From an uncultured Verrucomicrobiae bacterium (lineage in GTDB: Bacteria; Verrucomicrobiota; Verrucomicrobiia; Chthoniobacterales; JAFAMB01), in the NCBI GenBank assembly GCA_963762565.1, contig CAVXLD010000005.1:416001-480000 (forward strand): 64,000 nt of DNA, given 5' to 3'. The translations under genes were made by a program, and so were the position numbers. Below, piece after piece: positions 1 through 11,479 of this stretch (the stretch's first letter is position 1; every line of letters begins with the position of its first letter). Under the pieces are notes generated by a model. It was not told where the DNA came from. It saw only the letters and a list, made by a program, of their open reading frames with translations, and did not search any database.

Positions 1-2
1 CA

Positions 3-233
3 GTTGCCGCCGACTTGGACCTCTACCTGATACTAAATGCGTACTGGGAACCTCTGAGATTCGAGGTACCACGGGTTTATGAACATGAATTACGGCCATG
101 GCGACGCTGGTTAGACACGTTTCTTGAGCCCCCTGATGACATCTGTCTATTCTCCAATGCGCCGCCGATCGACGGCTCATCTTATCTAGTGCAGCCGCGT
201 TCTATCGTTGCCCTGGTGCGTGGAGAGAAGTGA
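3..233 (+). CDS. glgX: C-terminal end of glycogen debranching enzyme (5' truncated by window edge)
   Basis: LYLILNAYWEPLRF...WRRWLDT...VQPRSIVALV resembles the GlgX/isoamylase C-terminal beta domain. Confidence 0.75.
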   Translation, partial: VAADLDLYLILNAYWEPLRFEVPRVYEHELRPWRRWLDTFLEPPDDICLFSNAPPIDGSSYLVQPRSIVALVRGEK

Positions 234-370
234 CAAGACAAGCGGAGGAGCTCCTTTTTTGTTGAACGGTAGCAGAGTAAATACAATTATAGGTCCCCGG
301 CCGTGGGGCTTCATGGGCCGACCGAAATTCGGGACTTGCGAAATCTTGTCTGAATCCGGAGGAACCCCAA

Positions 371-2002
371 TTGGTGGTGGCTAAAAGCGCTGCGAGTTCT
401 AGTTGGACCGCCTTACGCAATCGCGCCTTTCGCGCGATCTGGTTCGCCTCTCTCAGTTCCGGAATCTGTGATTCCGCTCACGGCACGGCAGCGACCTGGG
501 CGATGAACCAGCTCAGTCACTCGGCCCTGTTCTTGTCCATGATTTCGACGTTCACCTCTCTCCCGTTCTTCCTGTTTACTCTTCCCGCCGGCGCCATTGC
601 CGACATAATGGACCGCGGGAGGCTGGTAGCGATCATGCATATCTACTTAGCCGGCGCAGCTGGCGGGCTTGCAGTGCTTGGCTGGTTCAATCTCCTCAAC
701 TGCTATCTCATCCTGCTCTTCGTATTTTTGACGTCAGGAGGTTTTGCCTTCAACGCACCGGCGTTTTGTTCCCTGCTGACGGACATCGTTTCCAGCGAAG
801 AGCTTCCTTCCGCAACGGTAATTGAATGGACTGCAGCTTGATCTCTCCGGGATGATCGGGTCGGCCCTGGGCGGGGCACTGATACCGTTAATTGGGACAA
901 ACACCATTTTTGCAGCAAACGGCGCGGCGTTTCTGTTGTTCAATCTCGCTCTGTTGCAGTGGCGCGAACCGAAGGCGCAGCCTCAATCTTTGATGGAGAA
1001 CTTCTTTCAATCGCTTGCTACGGCGGTCCACTACGTCCGCTATGCACCCGGGATGCAAGTCATCTTGGTGCGGCAGATCTTGTTCTCTCTGTTGGTGGCA
1101 GCGATTCCGGCGCTGTTGCCGGTCGTCGCCTTGAACGAATTACACGTCGGCGCGGCTGAGCTTGGACTGTTGTACACCAGCATGGGCGCCGGATCCGTGA
1201 TCACGGCAGCATTTATTCTTCCCTGGGGCCGTGCGCGTTATTTGCCCGACACGTTAACAAAACTGGCCGCGTACCTTTTTGTGCTGGTCATGGTGTTGCT
1301 GGCTTTCGTGCGCCAAATCCAGTTGTTGCCGCTGATCGCGGTTCTGAGCGGCGTGGCTTGGACCTCCACTGCTAACGAGCTCTGGCTGGCCGGGCAGCGT
1401 GCCATGCCTGCCTGGGCTCGCGGCCGGATGAATGCCACGGTCATCATGTTCTCTCAAGGAGCAATAGCGCTCGGCGGAATCATCTATGGCGCCGGCGCCC
1501 AGACCTGGGGCGCCGCTACCGTGTTGATAGCAGTCGTCGCAGTGATCCTGGTTTTGTTGCTGACAGTTCAATTGTTCTCTGTCCCGTTATCGATTGATTT
1601 TACCAAAGAGCTCAACTTCGAGCCCGGGCCCATCGCTCCCTTTTCGCTGAATTTCATTCATGTCCCGCGGCCGGCCGACGGGCCGGTGCGATTACGATCG
1701 ATGTCCAGCTGGACAAGAGTCGAGGGCCCGAGCTCGACGCGTTTGTGAACGAGCTGCGGCTGATTTATTTGCGGAACGGAGCGTACAGCTGGCAGCTGTT
1801 TGCCGATCCTACCCGGCCCAACCGCTTCCATGTCCAGATCATGATGCCGTCCTGGTCCCAATACTTGCTTCTTTGTGAGCGGATCACAAAGGATGAAAGA
1901 AAGCTGATCGATCAGGCGCGAAATCTTCACGTGGGCGAAAACCCGCCCGAAATCCAGATGTATATTCGTGTGAATAAGCGGTTTCGCGATTCGCGACCAT
2001 GA
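371..2002 (+). pseudogene. MFS transporter (MFS_3/DUF894 type) split by two frameshifts
   Basis: ORFs 371-841, 822-1748 and 1745-2002 are consecutive pieces (WTALRNRAFRAIW, LPAGAIADIMDR, QRAMPAWARGR, RNGAYSWQLFADP); breaks near 820 and 1688. Confidence 0.8.
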
Positions 2003-2137
2003 AATGGTCGAACATGACAGCCGGGGGCCCCGCATTCGCTTTGCTACGGCGAGCCCGTGTTCTGAAGCCGCTTTGACTCAAGTTGTCGCCGCGGATTCTG
2101 GCACAAATTCAGAGGAAAAAAGTAATCGGAGCCGGCA

Positions 2138-3112
2138 TCATTGCAAATCTCCGACCGACGCGACCAGTTCATTTAATAGCCAACGGATAGTATGGTCTTC
2201 ATCCGAGGTCTGGTGCCAAACCATCTCGATCTCTACGGCAACCGCCGGGTAGGGCGGATCCAGCAAGAAAAGCGGGGCGTTGGCCGCAGCCCACAACGCC
2301 AGCCGGCGTGGTGCGATCGCGACCATGTCGCTCATTTGGAGAAATGAGACAATGGCCGCGAAATTTGACACCGAAACGGTAGCGCGCCCAGTCGGGCTAA
2401 TCTTTCCTTCCTGAAATTCTTGCAAAGCGCGTTCAACCGAAACCAAGTAGCTCCCCTGGCGATCGGCTCCACTCTTGTTCTCTTCAATTAATCGCAGAAC
2501 TATATGCGGAAACACATTTAGCTTTTCTTTTGTTACCTTGCCTCGTGTCAGTGGATGGCGAGCGCGAACCACAATGACCTCATCCTCGCGCAGTAGCGTT
2601 TTGCGACGCGCGCTTTCCGGTAATTTGCTGAATGACCCGATCACGAGATCGGCATGACCTTTCTCAAGTTGCTGAACCGCGTCGATATGATTAGAGGAGA
2701 CGACCTGGAGCTCTAGATTCGGCGTGCTCTTGGCTAACCGTTTAAGCAGCGGCGGAAGAAGAACGACGCAGGCATAGTCTGTCGCTACGATACGAAGCGT
2801 TCGGGGCAGTTCGGCCGGCGCAGAGTTATTTCTTCTTACAGCTAACTCGAGCATTTGGTACGCTTCTCGAACGGCTGAAGCCAACTCAAGGGCGCGTTGA
2901 GTTGGTAGCATTCCGGATCGGCTCGGAGTAAACAGTTCATCTCCGATCGACTGCCGCAGTCTATTTAACGCGTGACTGACCGCCGAAGGGGTAATTGAGA
3001 GGACTTGGCTCGCTTTGACGACGCTACGAAGCTCCATCATTGCATTAAATACCCGAAACAGATTGAGGTCGATCATACGGAGGTAGTCGTTCCCGACATA
3101 ACCTTGACGCAT
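2138..3112 (-). CDS. LysR-family transcriptional regulator
   Basis: IDLNLFRVF...ITPSAVSHALNRLR HTH plus substrate-binding domain; start chosen at MRQGY. Confidence 0.92.
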   Translation of the reverse strand: MRQGYVGNDYLRMIDLNLFRVFNAMMELRSVVKASQVLSITPSAVSHALNRLRQSIGDELFTPSRSGMLPTQRALELASAVREAYQMLELAVRRNNSAPAELPRTLRIVATDYACVVLLPPLLKRLAKSTPNLELQVVSSNHIDAVQQLEKGHADLVIGSFSKLPESARRKTLLREDEVIVVRARHPLTRGKVTKEKLNVFPHIVLRLIEENKSGADRQGSYLVSVERALQEFQEGKISPTGRATVSVSNFAAIVSFLQMSDMVAIAPRRLALWAAANAPLFLLDPPYPAVAVEIEMVWHQTSDEDHTIRWLLNELVASVGDLQ

Positions 3113-3485
3113 TTCGCGATTCTCAGGTATTCCAAGTGCCTGGTTTTTGGGAAACCTTTCCGCTCGGGATACTCCGATTCTGGACGGGGAACTCAGCATT
3201 GTCGTTCAAGACTCCATACTAAGCTTGGCGCTTCAGTTCTAATTTTACCTTAACCGGTGGACTATTCCTAAGGACCTTCCCTTTCTCAATGTCAAATCGA
3301 GTGCCGCGCGGTTCAGTGTAACACAAGACTTCCACATCTCTAGCTGCATCGTAAATGACGGAGGAGTCTGTGACTAAATCAGCTACGAGAAATGGGTGTT
3401 CGCCGATGATCACTCTTTCTTTCTCCTCAATTACTAACAATCCCATGCGCACCTTCGAGCTCATCCAGTCGGAGTTCAATCCCGG

Positions 3486-6400
3486 TTAGTTGCTGACCTC
3501 TTGGAGCTCTCCTTCGGGGCTTGGCCGTGTGGGCGCCTTGGCCCGAGATTTGCGACCAAAGAGTTTCATGATCACGGAAAAGAACACTGGAGTTAAGAAA
3601 ATTCCGAAAAACGTTACCCCGAGCATGCCGGTAAAGACTGTGGTGCCCAGTGCCTGCCGCATCTCCGAGCCCGCGCCTAACGCAATCACTAACGGCCAGA
3701 CGCCCATGCTGAACGCAAACGACGTCATGAGGATCGGGCGCAACCGCAACCGGCAGGCTTCAACTGCGGCTTCATGCCGCTCCACCCCGGCGTCCATCTG
3801 CTGTTTGGCGTATTCCACGATCAGGATCGCGTTCTTACAGGCCAGACCCACCAAGACCACCAACCCGATCTGGGTGAAGATGTTATTGTCCATGCTACGC
3901 AGGAAGACGCCCGAGATGGCGGCCAACAGGCACATCGGCACGACCAGGATGATGGCAGCCGGCAGCGTCCAGCTTTCGTACTGCGCCGCCAGTGCGAGGA
4001 ACACAAACAGCACGCACAACGGGAAAATGTAGACCGCTGAGTTACCGGCGAGTTCCTGTTGTAGCGCCATTTCGCTCCACTCATAACCGAACTGCTTGGG
4101 CAAGTTTTCGGTCGTCATCCGTTGCATGAGATCCATTGCCTGGCCCGAACTGAAGCCTGGTTGCGGGACCGCATTTATGTCTGCCGAGGGGTAGAGATTG
4201 TAGTGCATCACTTTGTCGGGCCCGTTGGTCTCGGTGATGTTGAGCAAAGTGCTCAGCGGCACCATTTCATTGTTCTGGTTGCGGGTATAAAGGCTGCGGA
4301 TCGACTCCGGCCCAAGCCGAAACGCGTTCTCGCCTTGGATGTTGACCTGGTAGACGCGGTTCAGAAAATTGAAGTCGTTCACGTAGGCGGACCCCAGGTA
4401 GCCCTGAAGGGTATCGAAGATCGAGCTGAGCGGCACGCCCAGCGTCTCGGCTTTCCGGCGGTCGATGTCCAGATAGAGCTGGGGCGCCTGCGAACGGAAA
4501 GTGGTGAACGCGTTCATGATCGCCGGCTGAGCGATTGTTTTTCCGACCAGAGCGTCGGTGGCCGCCTGCAGAGCGGGCAGGCCGGCGGCGCGACGGTCCT
4601 CTACCTGCAGTTTCAGGCCGCCTGCGTTCCCGATTCCTTGGACCGGCGGCGGAGGAAATACCATCGCCCGGCCGTCTTGAAGCGTGGCAAAGCGTCGTTG
4701 CACTTCGGCCAGGATGGCAAAACCGTTCTCTTCAGGGTGTTTTGTCCGCTCTTCAAAGGGCGCCAACACAAGAAAAGTGGTGACTGCGTTACTGCGGTTG
4801 GTCCCGTCGAGGCCGGAAAAGCCCGTGAACTCGACTGTGTGGCTGACTCCGGGCACGCTCGAAGCCAGCCGGACCATTTGCTGGCGCATCTCGTCTGAGC
4901 GTTGCAGGGTAGCGCCGTCGGGTAACTGGGCCAGGCCGATCAGATACCCCTGGTCCTGCATCGGGATGAACCCGACCGGGACCGTCTTGAAGCCGAAAAA
5001 GGTGAGTACCAATAACCCCGCGTACACCAGCAGGACCATCGCTGCGACGCGCAAGAGGCGCCGCACGGTCGAGGCGTACGCGCCGGTGGCGGCGTCAAAC
5101 CCCTTGTTGAACAGGCGGAAAAACCAGCCCAGCGCCAGGTCAAGGCCTCGGGCGATCAGGTCTTTTTTCGCGCTTCTTGGCTTCAGTAGCATCGCGGCCA
5201 AGGCCGGGCTCAAGGTCAGAGAATTGAAGGCTGAAATAATCGTCGCGACCGCGATGGTGAGCGCAAATTGGCGGTAGAACTGGCCTACGATGCCGCTGAT
5301 GAACGCCGTTGGGATGAACACCGCGCTCAACACAATCGCAATGGCCATCACCGCTCCACCAACCGTGTCCATGGCTTTGCGCGTCGCTTCCTTAGGGTCC
5401 ATACCGTGCTCGATGTTGTGTTCAACGGCTTCGACCACGACGATGGCGTCGTCGACCACGATCCCGATAGCCAGCACCAAGCCGAATAATGACAGGTTGT
5501 TGAGCGAAAACCCGAACGCGGCCATCACCGCGAAAGTGCCCACCAACGACACTGGCACGGCGACCATCGGGATGAGGGTAGCCCGCCAGGTTTGCAGGAA
5601 CACCAGCACCACGATTAACACCAGAACGACCGCCTCAATCAAAGTGTGGATGACAGCCTCGATCGATTGTTCGACGAACGTGGTAGTGTTGTAAACGATC
5701 TTATACTCCAGGCCCTTTGGAAAACGCTTGGCTAGCTCTTCCATGGCGGCCGACACCCGGTGGGCGGTGGCCACCGCGTTGGCGCCCGGAGTTTGGTAGA
5801 TGACAAGGGCCTGGGAGGGTTTGCCGTCCAGATAGGAAGCCACGCTGTAGTCCCTGGCCCCGAGTTCGACTCGCGCGACGTCCCCCAGGTAAACGAGCTC
5901 GCCCCGGTCGCCATGTTTGAGCAGGATCTGGCGGAATTGCTCGGGTGTGATGAGCCGGCCTTCGGTATTGACGGATAATTCCAGGTTCGTCCCGGGCGGC
6001 GCCGGTTCTGAGCCGAGGCGGCCGGCGGCCACTTGCACGTTCTGGGCTTGAATGGCCTTGACCACGTCATCGGTGGTTAGCTGGCGCGCCCACATCCGGT
6101 CAGGGTCCAGCCACACGCGCATGCTGTACTCGCGAGCCCCGAGCACGACCACATCGCCTACCCCTTCGATACGGTTCAGCACGTCTCGGATCTGCAGGAA
6201 AGCGTAGTTTGAAATATAGGTTTGATCGTAGGTATTGTCCGGGGAGAGCAAGTTCACCACCATCATCAGGTTGGGCGATTTTTTCTTGGTAGTGACACCC
6301 AGTGAGCGAACTTGATCGGGTAGCCTTGGTTGGGCGGTTGCAACCCTGTTCTGAACGAGGTTCTGCGCTGTATCGAGGTTGGTGCCGAGCTTGAACGTCA

Positions 6401-6680
6401 CGGTGAGGGTCATCGTGCCGTCGCTGGTCGATTGGGAGGACATATAGAGCATGTCCTGAACTCCGTTGACCTCCTGTTCGATCGGGGTGGCGACCGTGTC
6501 GGCGATGACCTTGGGGTCGGCGCCCGGATAACGGGCTGTAACCTCGACCGTGGGTGGCACGATGTCCGGGTATTGGGACGTCGGCAGGCCCAAGAGAGCC
6601 AATCCGCCTGCAAGGAGGATGACTAAGGAGAGCACCATCGCAAAAATGGGCCGGTCGATGAAGAAATGAGAGAATTTCAT
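3486..6680 (-). CDS. RND multidrug efflux permease (HAE1, AcrB/MexF-like)
   Basis: 1064 aa; FFIDRPIFA, GIVVDDAIVVVE, KNAILIVE, RLRPILMTS motifs. Confidence 0.96.
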   Translation of the reverse strand: MKFSHFFIDRPIFAMVLSLVILLAGGLALLGLPTSQYPDIVPPTVEVTARYPGADPKVIADTVATPIEQEVNGVQDMLYMSSQSTSDGTMTLTVTFKLGTNLDTAQNLVQNRVATAQPRLPDQVRSLGVTTKKKSPNLMMVVNLLSPDNTYDQTYISNYAFLQIRDVLNRIEGVGDVVVLGAREYSMRVWLDPDRMWARQLTTDDVVKAIQAQNVQVAAGRLGSEPAPPGTNLELSVNTEGRLITPEQFRQILLKHGDRGELVYLGDVARVELGARDYSVASYLDGKPSQALVIYQTPGANAVATAHRVSAAMEELAKRFPKGLEYKIVYNTTTFVEQSIEAVIHTLIEAVVLVLIVVLVFLQTWRATLIPMVAVPVSLVGTFAVMAAFGFSLNNLSLFGLVLAIGIVVDDAIVVVEAVEHNIEHGMDPKEATRKAMDTVGGAVMAIAIVLSAVFIPTAFISGIVGQFYRQFALTIAVATIISAFNSLTLSPALAAMLLKPRSAKKDLIARGLDLALGWFFRLFNKGFDAATGAYASTVRRLLRVAAMVLLVYAGLLVLTFFGFKTVPVGFIPMQDQGYLIGLAQLPDGATLQRSDEMRQQMVRLASSVPGVSHTVEFTGFSGLDGTNRSNAVTTFLVLAPFEERTKHPEENGFAILAEVQRRFATLQDGRAMVFPPPPVQGIGNAGGLKLQVEDRRAAGLPALQAATDALVGKTIAQPAIMNAFTTFRSQAPQLYLDIDRRKAETLGVPLSSIFDTLQGYLGSAYVNDFNFLNRVYQVNIQGENAFRLGPESIRSLYTRNQNNEMVPLSTLLNITETNGPDKVMHYNLYPSADINAVPQPGFSSGQAMDLMQRMTTENLPKQFGYEWSEMALQQELAGNSAVYIFPLCVLFVFLALAAQYESWTLPAAIILVVPMCLLAAISGVFLRSMDNNIFTQIGLVVLVGLACKNAILIVEYAKQQMDAGVERHEAAVEACRLRLRPILMTSFAFSMGVWPLVIALGAGSEMRQALGTTVFTGMLGVTFFGIFLTPVFFSVIMKLFGRKSRAKAPTRPSPEGELQEVSN

Positions 6681-6695
6681 TAGTTGAGCTCCAGG

Positions 6696-8045
6696 TTAAT
6701 CACTTGTCCCGGCGGGCGCCTTACCGTTTGGGGCAGAGTCGCCCTGCCCGTTCTGAGACTGCGATTCTGCCCTGGCGGTCACAATCGTCTCGGACTGGCC
6801 GGCCAGCGATTGATTCATGTCGCCCGGTTGGGCCGTGACCTTGCTGCCCGGGCGGGCATTGACCAAGCCGTTAATGATGACCCGGTCGTCCGGCCCAAGA
6901 CCTCTGCGGACCACGCGCAATCCATCAAAAACCGGGCCGAGTTCCACCGGGCGCACTTGAACGACACTGTTATCATCCACTAACAGCACAAACTTCTGTC
7001 CCTGATCGGTCGCGATGGCCCGATCGGTGATCAGGAGAGCGTCGTGTTTGGGTGTCCCCGCGATTCGGACGCGGACAAAGGCATCGGGGTAAAGAGACGC
7101 ATCCTTGTTTTGGAAACGGCCACGGATCTGAAGAGTACCCGTCGATGCGTTGTAGGTGTTGTCAACGAAATCAATGAGACCTTCGTGCGGAAAGCCTGTT
7201 TCGCCTTCCAATTGGAGATACACCGGCATGGCCGACACCCGCGGGTCTTGGAGTTGGCCGCCTTGGATCTGGTTGTAGTATTTTTGCACTGTCCGTTGGT
7301 CGACGTTGAAGTACGCGTAGATGGGATCAACGCTCACCACTTTTGTAAGGACGGTCGCATCGGTCTGGACCAGGTTGCCTTTGGTAACGAGTTGGCGGGA
7401 AATGCGGCCCTCGATCGGGGATTTGACCTGGGTGAAATCCATGTTGAGCAGGGCCGAGTTTACCGAGGCCTGTGCCTGAGCAAACTTGGCCTCGGCTTCA
7501 TTCCTTTCCGCAACGCTGGTATCGTATTCTTCTTTCGCGGTAACTTTGTTTTGGAACAGCTTTTCCGCCCGGGCGAAATTAGCCAGCTTCAGTTGGCGTA
7601 GTGCCTCGGCGTCCTGCAGATTGGCCTTGGCTTGGTCGAGAACATCCTGGTAAGGACGCGGGTCGATTACGAACAGAACGTCGCCCGGCTTAACCAGTTG
7701 CCCGTCCTTGAAACTGATTTGATCGATGTAGCCACTCACGCGCGGACGGACGTCCACGCTTTCAATAGCCTCGGTGCGTCCGGTATATTCATCCCACTCC
7801 ACGATTTCCTTATGGATGGGCGTTGCGACAGTCACCGGCGGCGGCGGCAGAATCGGCGCCTGCGTAGATGGTTTGCAACCCGTCGACAAAATGCCAAAAA
7901 CGGCAGCCACCCAGCAAACTGGCTTGAAAAATCTTTTCAAAGATTTGGTTAACTTTAATGAAAGGGAACCCGACTCGGTTCTTTCTGAAAAGAACGAGGT
8001 CGAGGCTCGACGAAAAGTGTTCGCGGCTACGGCGATCGGGATCAT
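6696..8045 (-). CDS. RND efflux periplasmic adaptor (MFP) subunit
   Basis: Lipobox-like STGC, VRPRVSGYI, IDPRPY, SPIEGRISR; true start may lie downstream. Confidence 0.93.
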   Translation of the reverse strand: MIPIAVAANTFRRASTSFFSERTESGSLSLKLTKSLKRFFKPVCWVAAVFGILSTGCKPSTQAPILPPPPVTVATPIHKEIVEWDEYTGRTEAIESVDVRPRVSGYIDQISFKDGQLVKPGDVLFVIDPRPYQDVLDQAKANLQDAEALRQLKLANFARAEKLFQNKVTAKEEYDTSVAERNEAEAKFAQAQASVNSALLNMDFTQVKSPIEGRISRQLVTKGNLVQTDATVLTKVVSVDPIYAYFNVDQRTVQKYYNQIQGGQLQDPRVSAMPVYLQLEGETGFPHEGLIDFVDNTYNASTGTLQIRGRFQNKDASLYPDAFVRVRIAGTPKHDALLITDRAIATDQGQKFVLLVDDNSVVQVRPVELGPVFDGLRVVRRGLGPDDRVIINGLVNARPGSKVTAQPGDMNQSLAGQSETIVTARAESQSQNGQGDSAPNGKAPAGTSD

Positions 8046-8197
8046 AGTAGTTTGGAATCTAAACTAAGAAACGAGGATAGGCGGAAGATGCATACCTTTA
8101 TTTGTCTGAAACTGCCCTTTCCTTGTCATTTCGTTGATGAGGTTTATGCGCGTTTGATCTACTGCAGTTTGGAAAAGTGGAGGCGTATGATTTTTGT

Positions 8198-8385
8198 TTA
8201 GTGGATGCATGTAACAGTCTCTGCCATGCCGCCCATCTGCCGCAATTGGCTGAACGCCTACTTTATTTCCTTCTCAAAAGGATTAGGCGCGCCTAACGGT
8301 CAGGCCGCTGTCGTTGCATCTAAACAAATCGTACATCAATCGAGGATTCGGTGGCAGTAATTAGCCGTAAGCTTGCCGTAAGCTT
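8198..8385 (-). promoter_or_regulatory. Conserved composite upstream element, copy A (before RND operon)
   Basis: Shares blocks ATG.RTGTAACAGTCTC, CCGCAATTG, TTCCYTCTCAAAAG, TGCATCT and CAGTAATTAGCCGTAAG with copies near 9.8, 13.7 and 17.0 kb. Confidence 0.8.
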
Positions 8386-8391
8386 GCGGCC

Positions 8392-9756
8392 TCAGTTCAG
8401 CATAACCTCATTCAGTCTTTTCGAACCTGATGAACCGTCGGACGCTGCTCGCGCGCGAATTCGAGTCATCCGGCTGGTTAGCTCTTCGATATCGCGTAAG
8501 GTAATTATCTGCTCGATCTCTCTGGAGAATAAGAGCTCCAGCGTCCAGCCGCTGATTACCCGCAGCTTTTTCGCCAATCGTGGAAGTTTCAGCAAATACA
8601 CTGTTCGCCAAAGGCACCAGGCGATGAAGCCCGAGAACTTAATCCCGAATACCATGGCTACACCCGTTCGATGCCCGATGCTCGCCAATTGTCCCAACGT
8701 TTTAAAGACGAAAGGTGTTGGGGGACGGCCCAGGATCTCGGCTTCGATATTCTTCGCAGCGACCAGCCCCTGCCGCAGTCCGTGTTGTGCCGTTGGCGGA
8801 TGCAACTTTCCGGTGGTTCCATCGGGTACTGCTGCGCAATCACCAGCAGCCCAAAGGCCAGAAACACCAGGAACACGCAGGAATTCGTTTACCAAAACGC
8901 GGCCTCGCTCCTTTTGGTAAGGTAATGAAGCGATAACCGGACTTGGCTTTATACCTGCCGTCCAAATGAGAGTCGAAGCGGGTAGTGATTTCCCGTCGCT
9001 CAATCTGACGAGGGAACCGTCATCGAAGCCTGCTACACCCACACCGGCGATCACTTCCACTTTGCGCTCGCGCAATTTACGTTCAGTGTAATCACCGAGT
9101 TCCTCACCTAATTCCGGCAGGAGAAACTGGCCTGGATGGACGAGAACAACCCGAATCAACTCCTCGCTCAGATCGGGATAATACGTTGCGGCTTCGTGTA
9201 CGAAATCGTTGATAGCGCCAGCGGTTTCTACCCCTGAAAAACCGGCACCGGCAATTACAAAAGTTAACAACTGGCGACGTATGGCAGCATCGTCTCGTAG
9301 ATTGGCTTCTTCCAACAATGCAATGACACGATTGCGCAGGAGCGCCGCATCGCTCAGGCTTTTCATTGTCACGGCCCAATCGCTCAGGCCAGGAAGATCA
9401 AAAAAGTTCGTTTCTGAGCCAGGAGCCAGCAGCAGATGATCGAATTCTACCTCGAAATCGAGCTGCGCCACGCCTCCAGAACAACGAAGCCGGCGCTCGC
9501 TCGGATCAATTGCCTTCACCTCGGCTTGAACAATCTTCACATGCCGGAGGATACGACGGAGGGGATTAACAATATCGTTTGGATTAAGATCTCCCGATGC
9601 CACCTCGTGCAACATCGGCGTGAAAAGAATGAAATTCTCACGACTGATCAGCACTACCTCTATGTCAGGCTCTGCAGCGAGCCGTTTGTCCAAATAGGTC
9701 GCGGCAGCCAGTCCGGCGAATCCGCCACCGGCAATAACGATTTTGATCTTATTCAT
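8392..9756 (-). CDS. ndh: Type II NADH dehydrogenase / FAD-dependent oxidoreductase
   Basis: IVIAGGGFAG, FTPMLHEVA, GAGFSGVE, WAAGDCA, PPTAQH; start at MNKIK. Confidence 0.88.
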   Translation of the reverse strand: MNKIKIVIAGGGFAGLAAATYLDKRLAAEPDIEVVLISRENFILFTPMLHEVASGDLNPNDIVNPLRRILRHVKIVQAEVKAIDPSERRLRCSGGVAQLDFEVEFDHLLLAPGSETNFFDLPGLSDWAVTMKSLSDAALLRNRVIALLEEANLRDDAAIRRQLLTFVIAGAGFSGVETAGAINDFVHEAATYYPDLSEELIRVVLVHPGQFLLPELGEELGDYTERKLRERKVEVIAGVGVAGFDDGSLVRLSDGKSLPASTLIWTAGIKPSPVIASLPYQKERGRVLVNEFLRVPGVSGLWAAGDCAAVPDGTTGKLHPPTAQHGLRQGLVAAKNIEAEILGRPPTPFVFKTLGQLASIGHRTGVAMVFGIKFSGFIAWCLWRTVYLLKLPRLAKKLRVISGWTLELLFSREIEQIITLRDIEELTSRMTRIRARAASDGSSGSKRLNEVMLN

Positions 9757-9761
9757 CTTTG

Positions 9762-9937
9762 TTAGGTGGATGCTATGTAAATAGTTCTCCGCCATGCGGG
9801 CGATCTCCCGCAATTGGCGGGATGCCTAGATAAACTCCCTCTCGAAAGGGTTAAATGCGCTTGAGGTCATGTCGCTGCGGTGCATCTGAGGAATTCTTGT
9901 ACCATTAGAGGACTCTGCGACAGTAATTAGCCGTAAG
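9762..9937 (-). promoter_or_regulatory. Conserved composite upstream element, copy B (before ndh)
   Basis: CTCCGCCATGC..CCGCAATTGG..CCCTCTCGAAAGGG..TGCATCT..CAGTAATTAGCCGTAAG. Confidence 0.75.
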
Positions 9938-11094
9938 TCCTCTGCGGTTAGGGCGAAAGGCGCACTGGGCGTCCAAATAGGCCAGATAAGAGGTAGCCAG
10001 TTGCCGCCTTCGCGTCGGCCCGGCTGCGTTATGCCTGGTTCAGGCTGATCTGATCGTGAGAAACGGGACCGTTGGCAGGCTGATTAACACACGCGGCAAT
10101 GGCAAAGCAGCACCCAATCAGAAAAGAATGTGAGCCTTGTGATGAAAGAATTGAAGTGGGTTCCGTATCGCGAAGCGGTTAAAGATGTTAGCACTAGGAA
10201 TGCTAAAATGACGAGATAAGCCTTCTCTAGGTCCGCCACGGTGCGCCCAGATGCTTTCTTTGTCCTTCCAGCTCATCGTTTCTTTGCTTTCTGCTCCGCC
10301 TTCCATTGCACATAGGCCGGGTTTACTCGGCTCTGGCAGTTTGGATCCATTTTGGGCGGTATGTCCTTCGGCGTGGATGCGGCCATGATGGGGCCGATGA
10401 TTAGGATTACTGGTATTAGTGGGTTCATAGTTCAAAAGGATCTTTCTTCGTTTTTGCCGCGTTCCGTGGGCGCCCTTCGGGCACCCCAGGGAAACGTCAC
10501 AAATACAAATTTAGAGCTGTAGGCGCGGCACAACCGTGAGAATTGTCCGGCGCTGACACACGATCCTTCGCCAACCCGTTTAGGCCGTAAAGTTTCCGGA
10601 ATAAGGCCCACCATTTGGCTCGACGTAGGCGTCGCTGCTCTGCGCGATGTAAGATTTCACCGATTAATAATGGATACTGCGAAAGTGTTTTGATTTGGTA
10701 AGTATGGACTGTTCGGTTCATATTTCTTCAATTGGCAGTAAGTCGTTTTTCGCCTTTGGCTCCAACGATTTGGTGCTTGATCGTGCCCTGCGTTATTGGC
10801 GACCACGGCGGTCCCGCTCGGTGAAAAATGGTGAGTTGGGGCGGAGGTGTGTTTGCGTACAACACGACCTCATTTTTATTGTGTCGCTCTAGTAAGCCAC
10901 CTCCGCCCCTTTCCCCCCACACGTCAGTTGCGAATTTCAATAGAGCTTACTATCAGGAACTGTTAGCGCTATTGGTGGGATGCGGGATTTTTCTACCTCT
11001 CAGAAGGGTTAGTTCGGCGCGCGACTCGGCATGGCGGTTGTCGTCAGTCACAACTGTGCGGGTTCCAAGATGTAGGTGACAAAGGATTACCGCC

Positions 11095-11320
11095 GTAGCG
11101 GGTTTGCATGAAAGACTAGGCCCTTAGGCCTGGGGAACACCCGTGCCCAAAAACCCGACCTCTAGAGGCGGCAGGGTGCGTATAAAATGTCCCGCTCGGG
11201 AAAAACTATGGCTGATTGGTTAAGAACGTGAGTTTGGCCGCCCTTTCAGGGCGGTTTTCATTCCGTATGTAACCCAGGGCTAAAGCCCTGGGCTGTGATG
11301 TATGCCGCTTCGCGGCAAAC
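11095..11320. repeat. REP-like palindromic cluster
   Basis: Palindromes CCGCCCTTTCAGGGCGG, CCCAGGGCTAAAGCCCTGGG and GCCGCTTCGCGGC, with degenerate inverted partners near 11120-11175. Confidence 0.6.
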
Positions 11321-11479
11321 GCGAGAGGGCAGATTTCGCAATCAGTGTCAGCCATTTTTGTTCAAGTTCTTGCGTGAACACACTGGTCGAGCGACGCGGA
11401 AAGCAAACTGCTAGTTTTCCTAACCGGAACGTGGAATCTACCCCAACCTGCCGTCGCTCCCTCGAGCGCTAAATTAGCG

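Noticed and set aside
3219..3479. 86-aa ORF between the RND and LysR genes
   Set aside because: Non-ATG start and no recognisable similarity
9950..11090. Short ORFs 10118-10435, 10497-10721 and 10828-11079, and a degenerate CCGTAA/CCGGAA pair at 10585-10601
   Set aside because: No recognisable domains; the motif match is too weak to call
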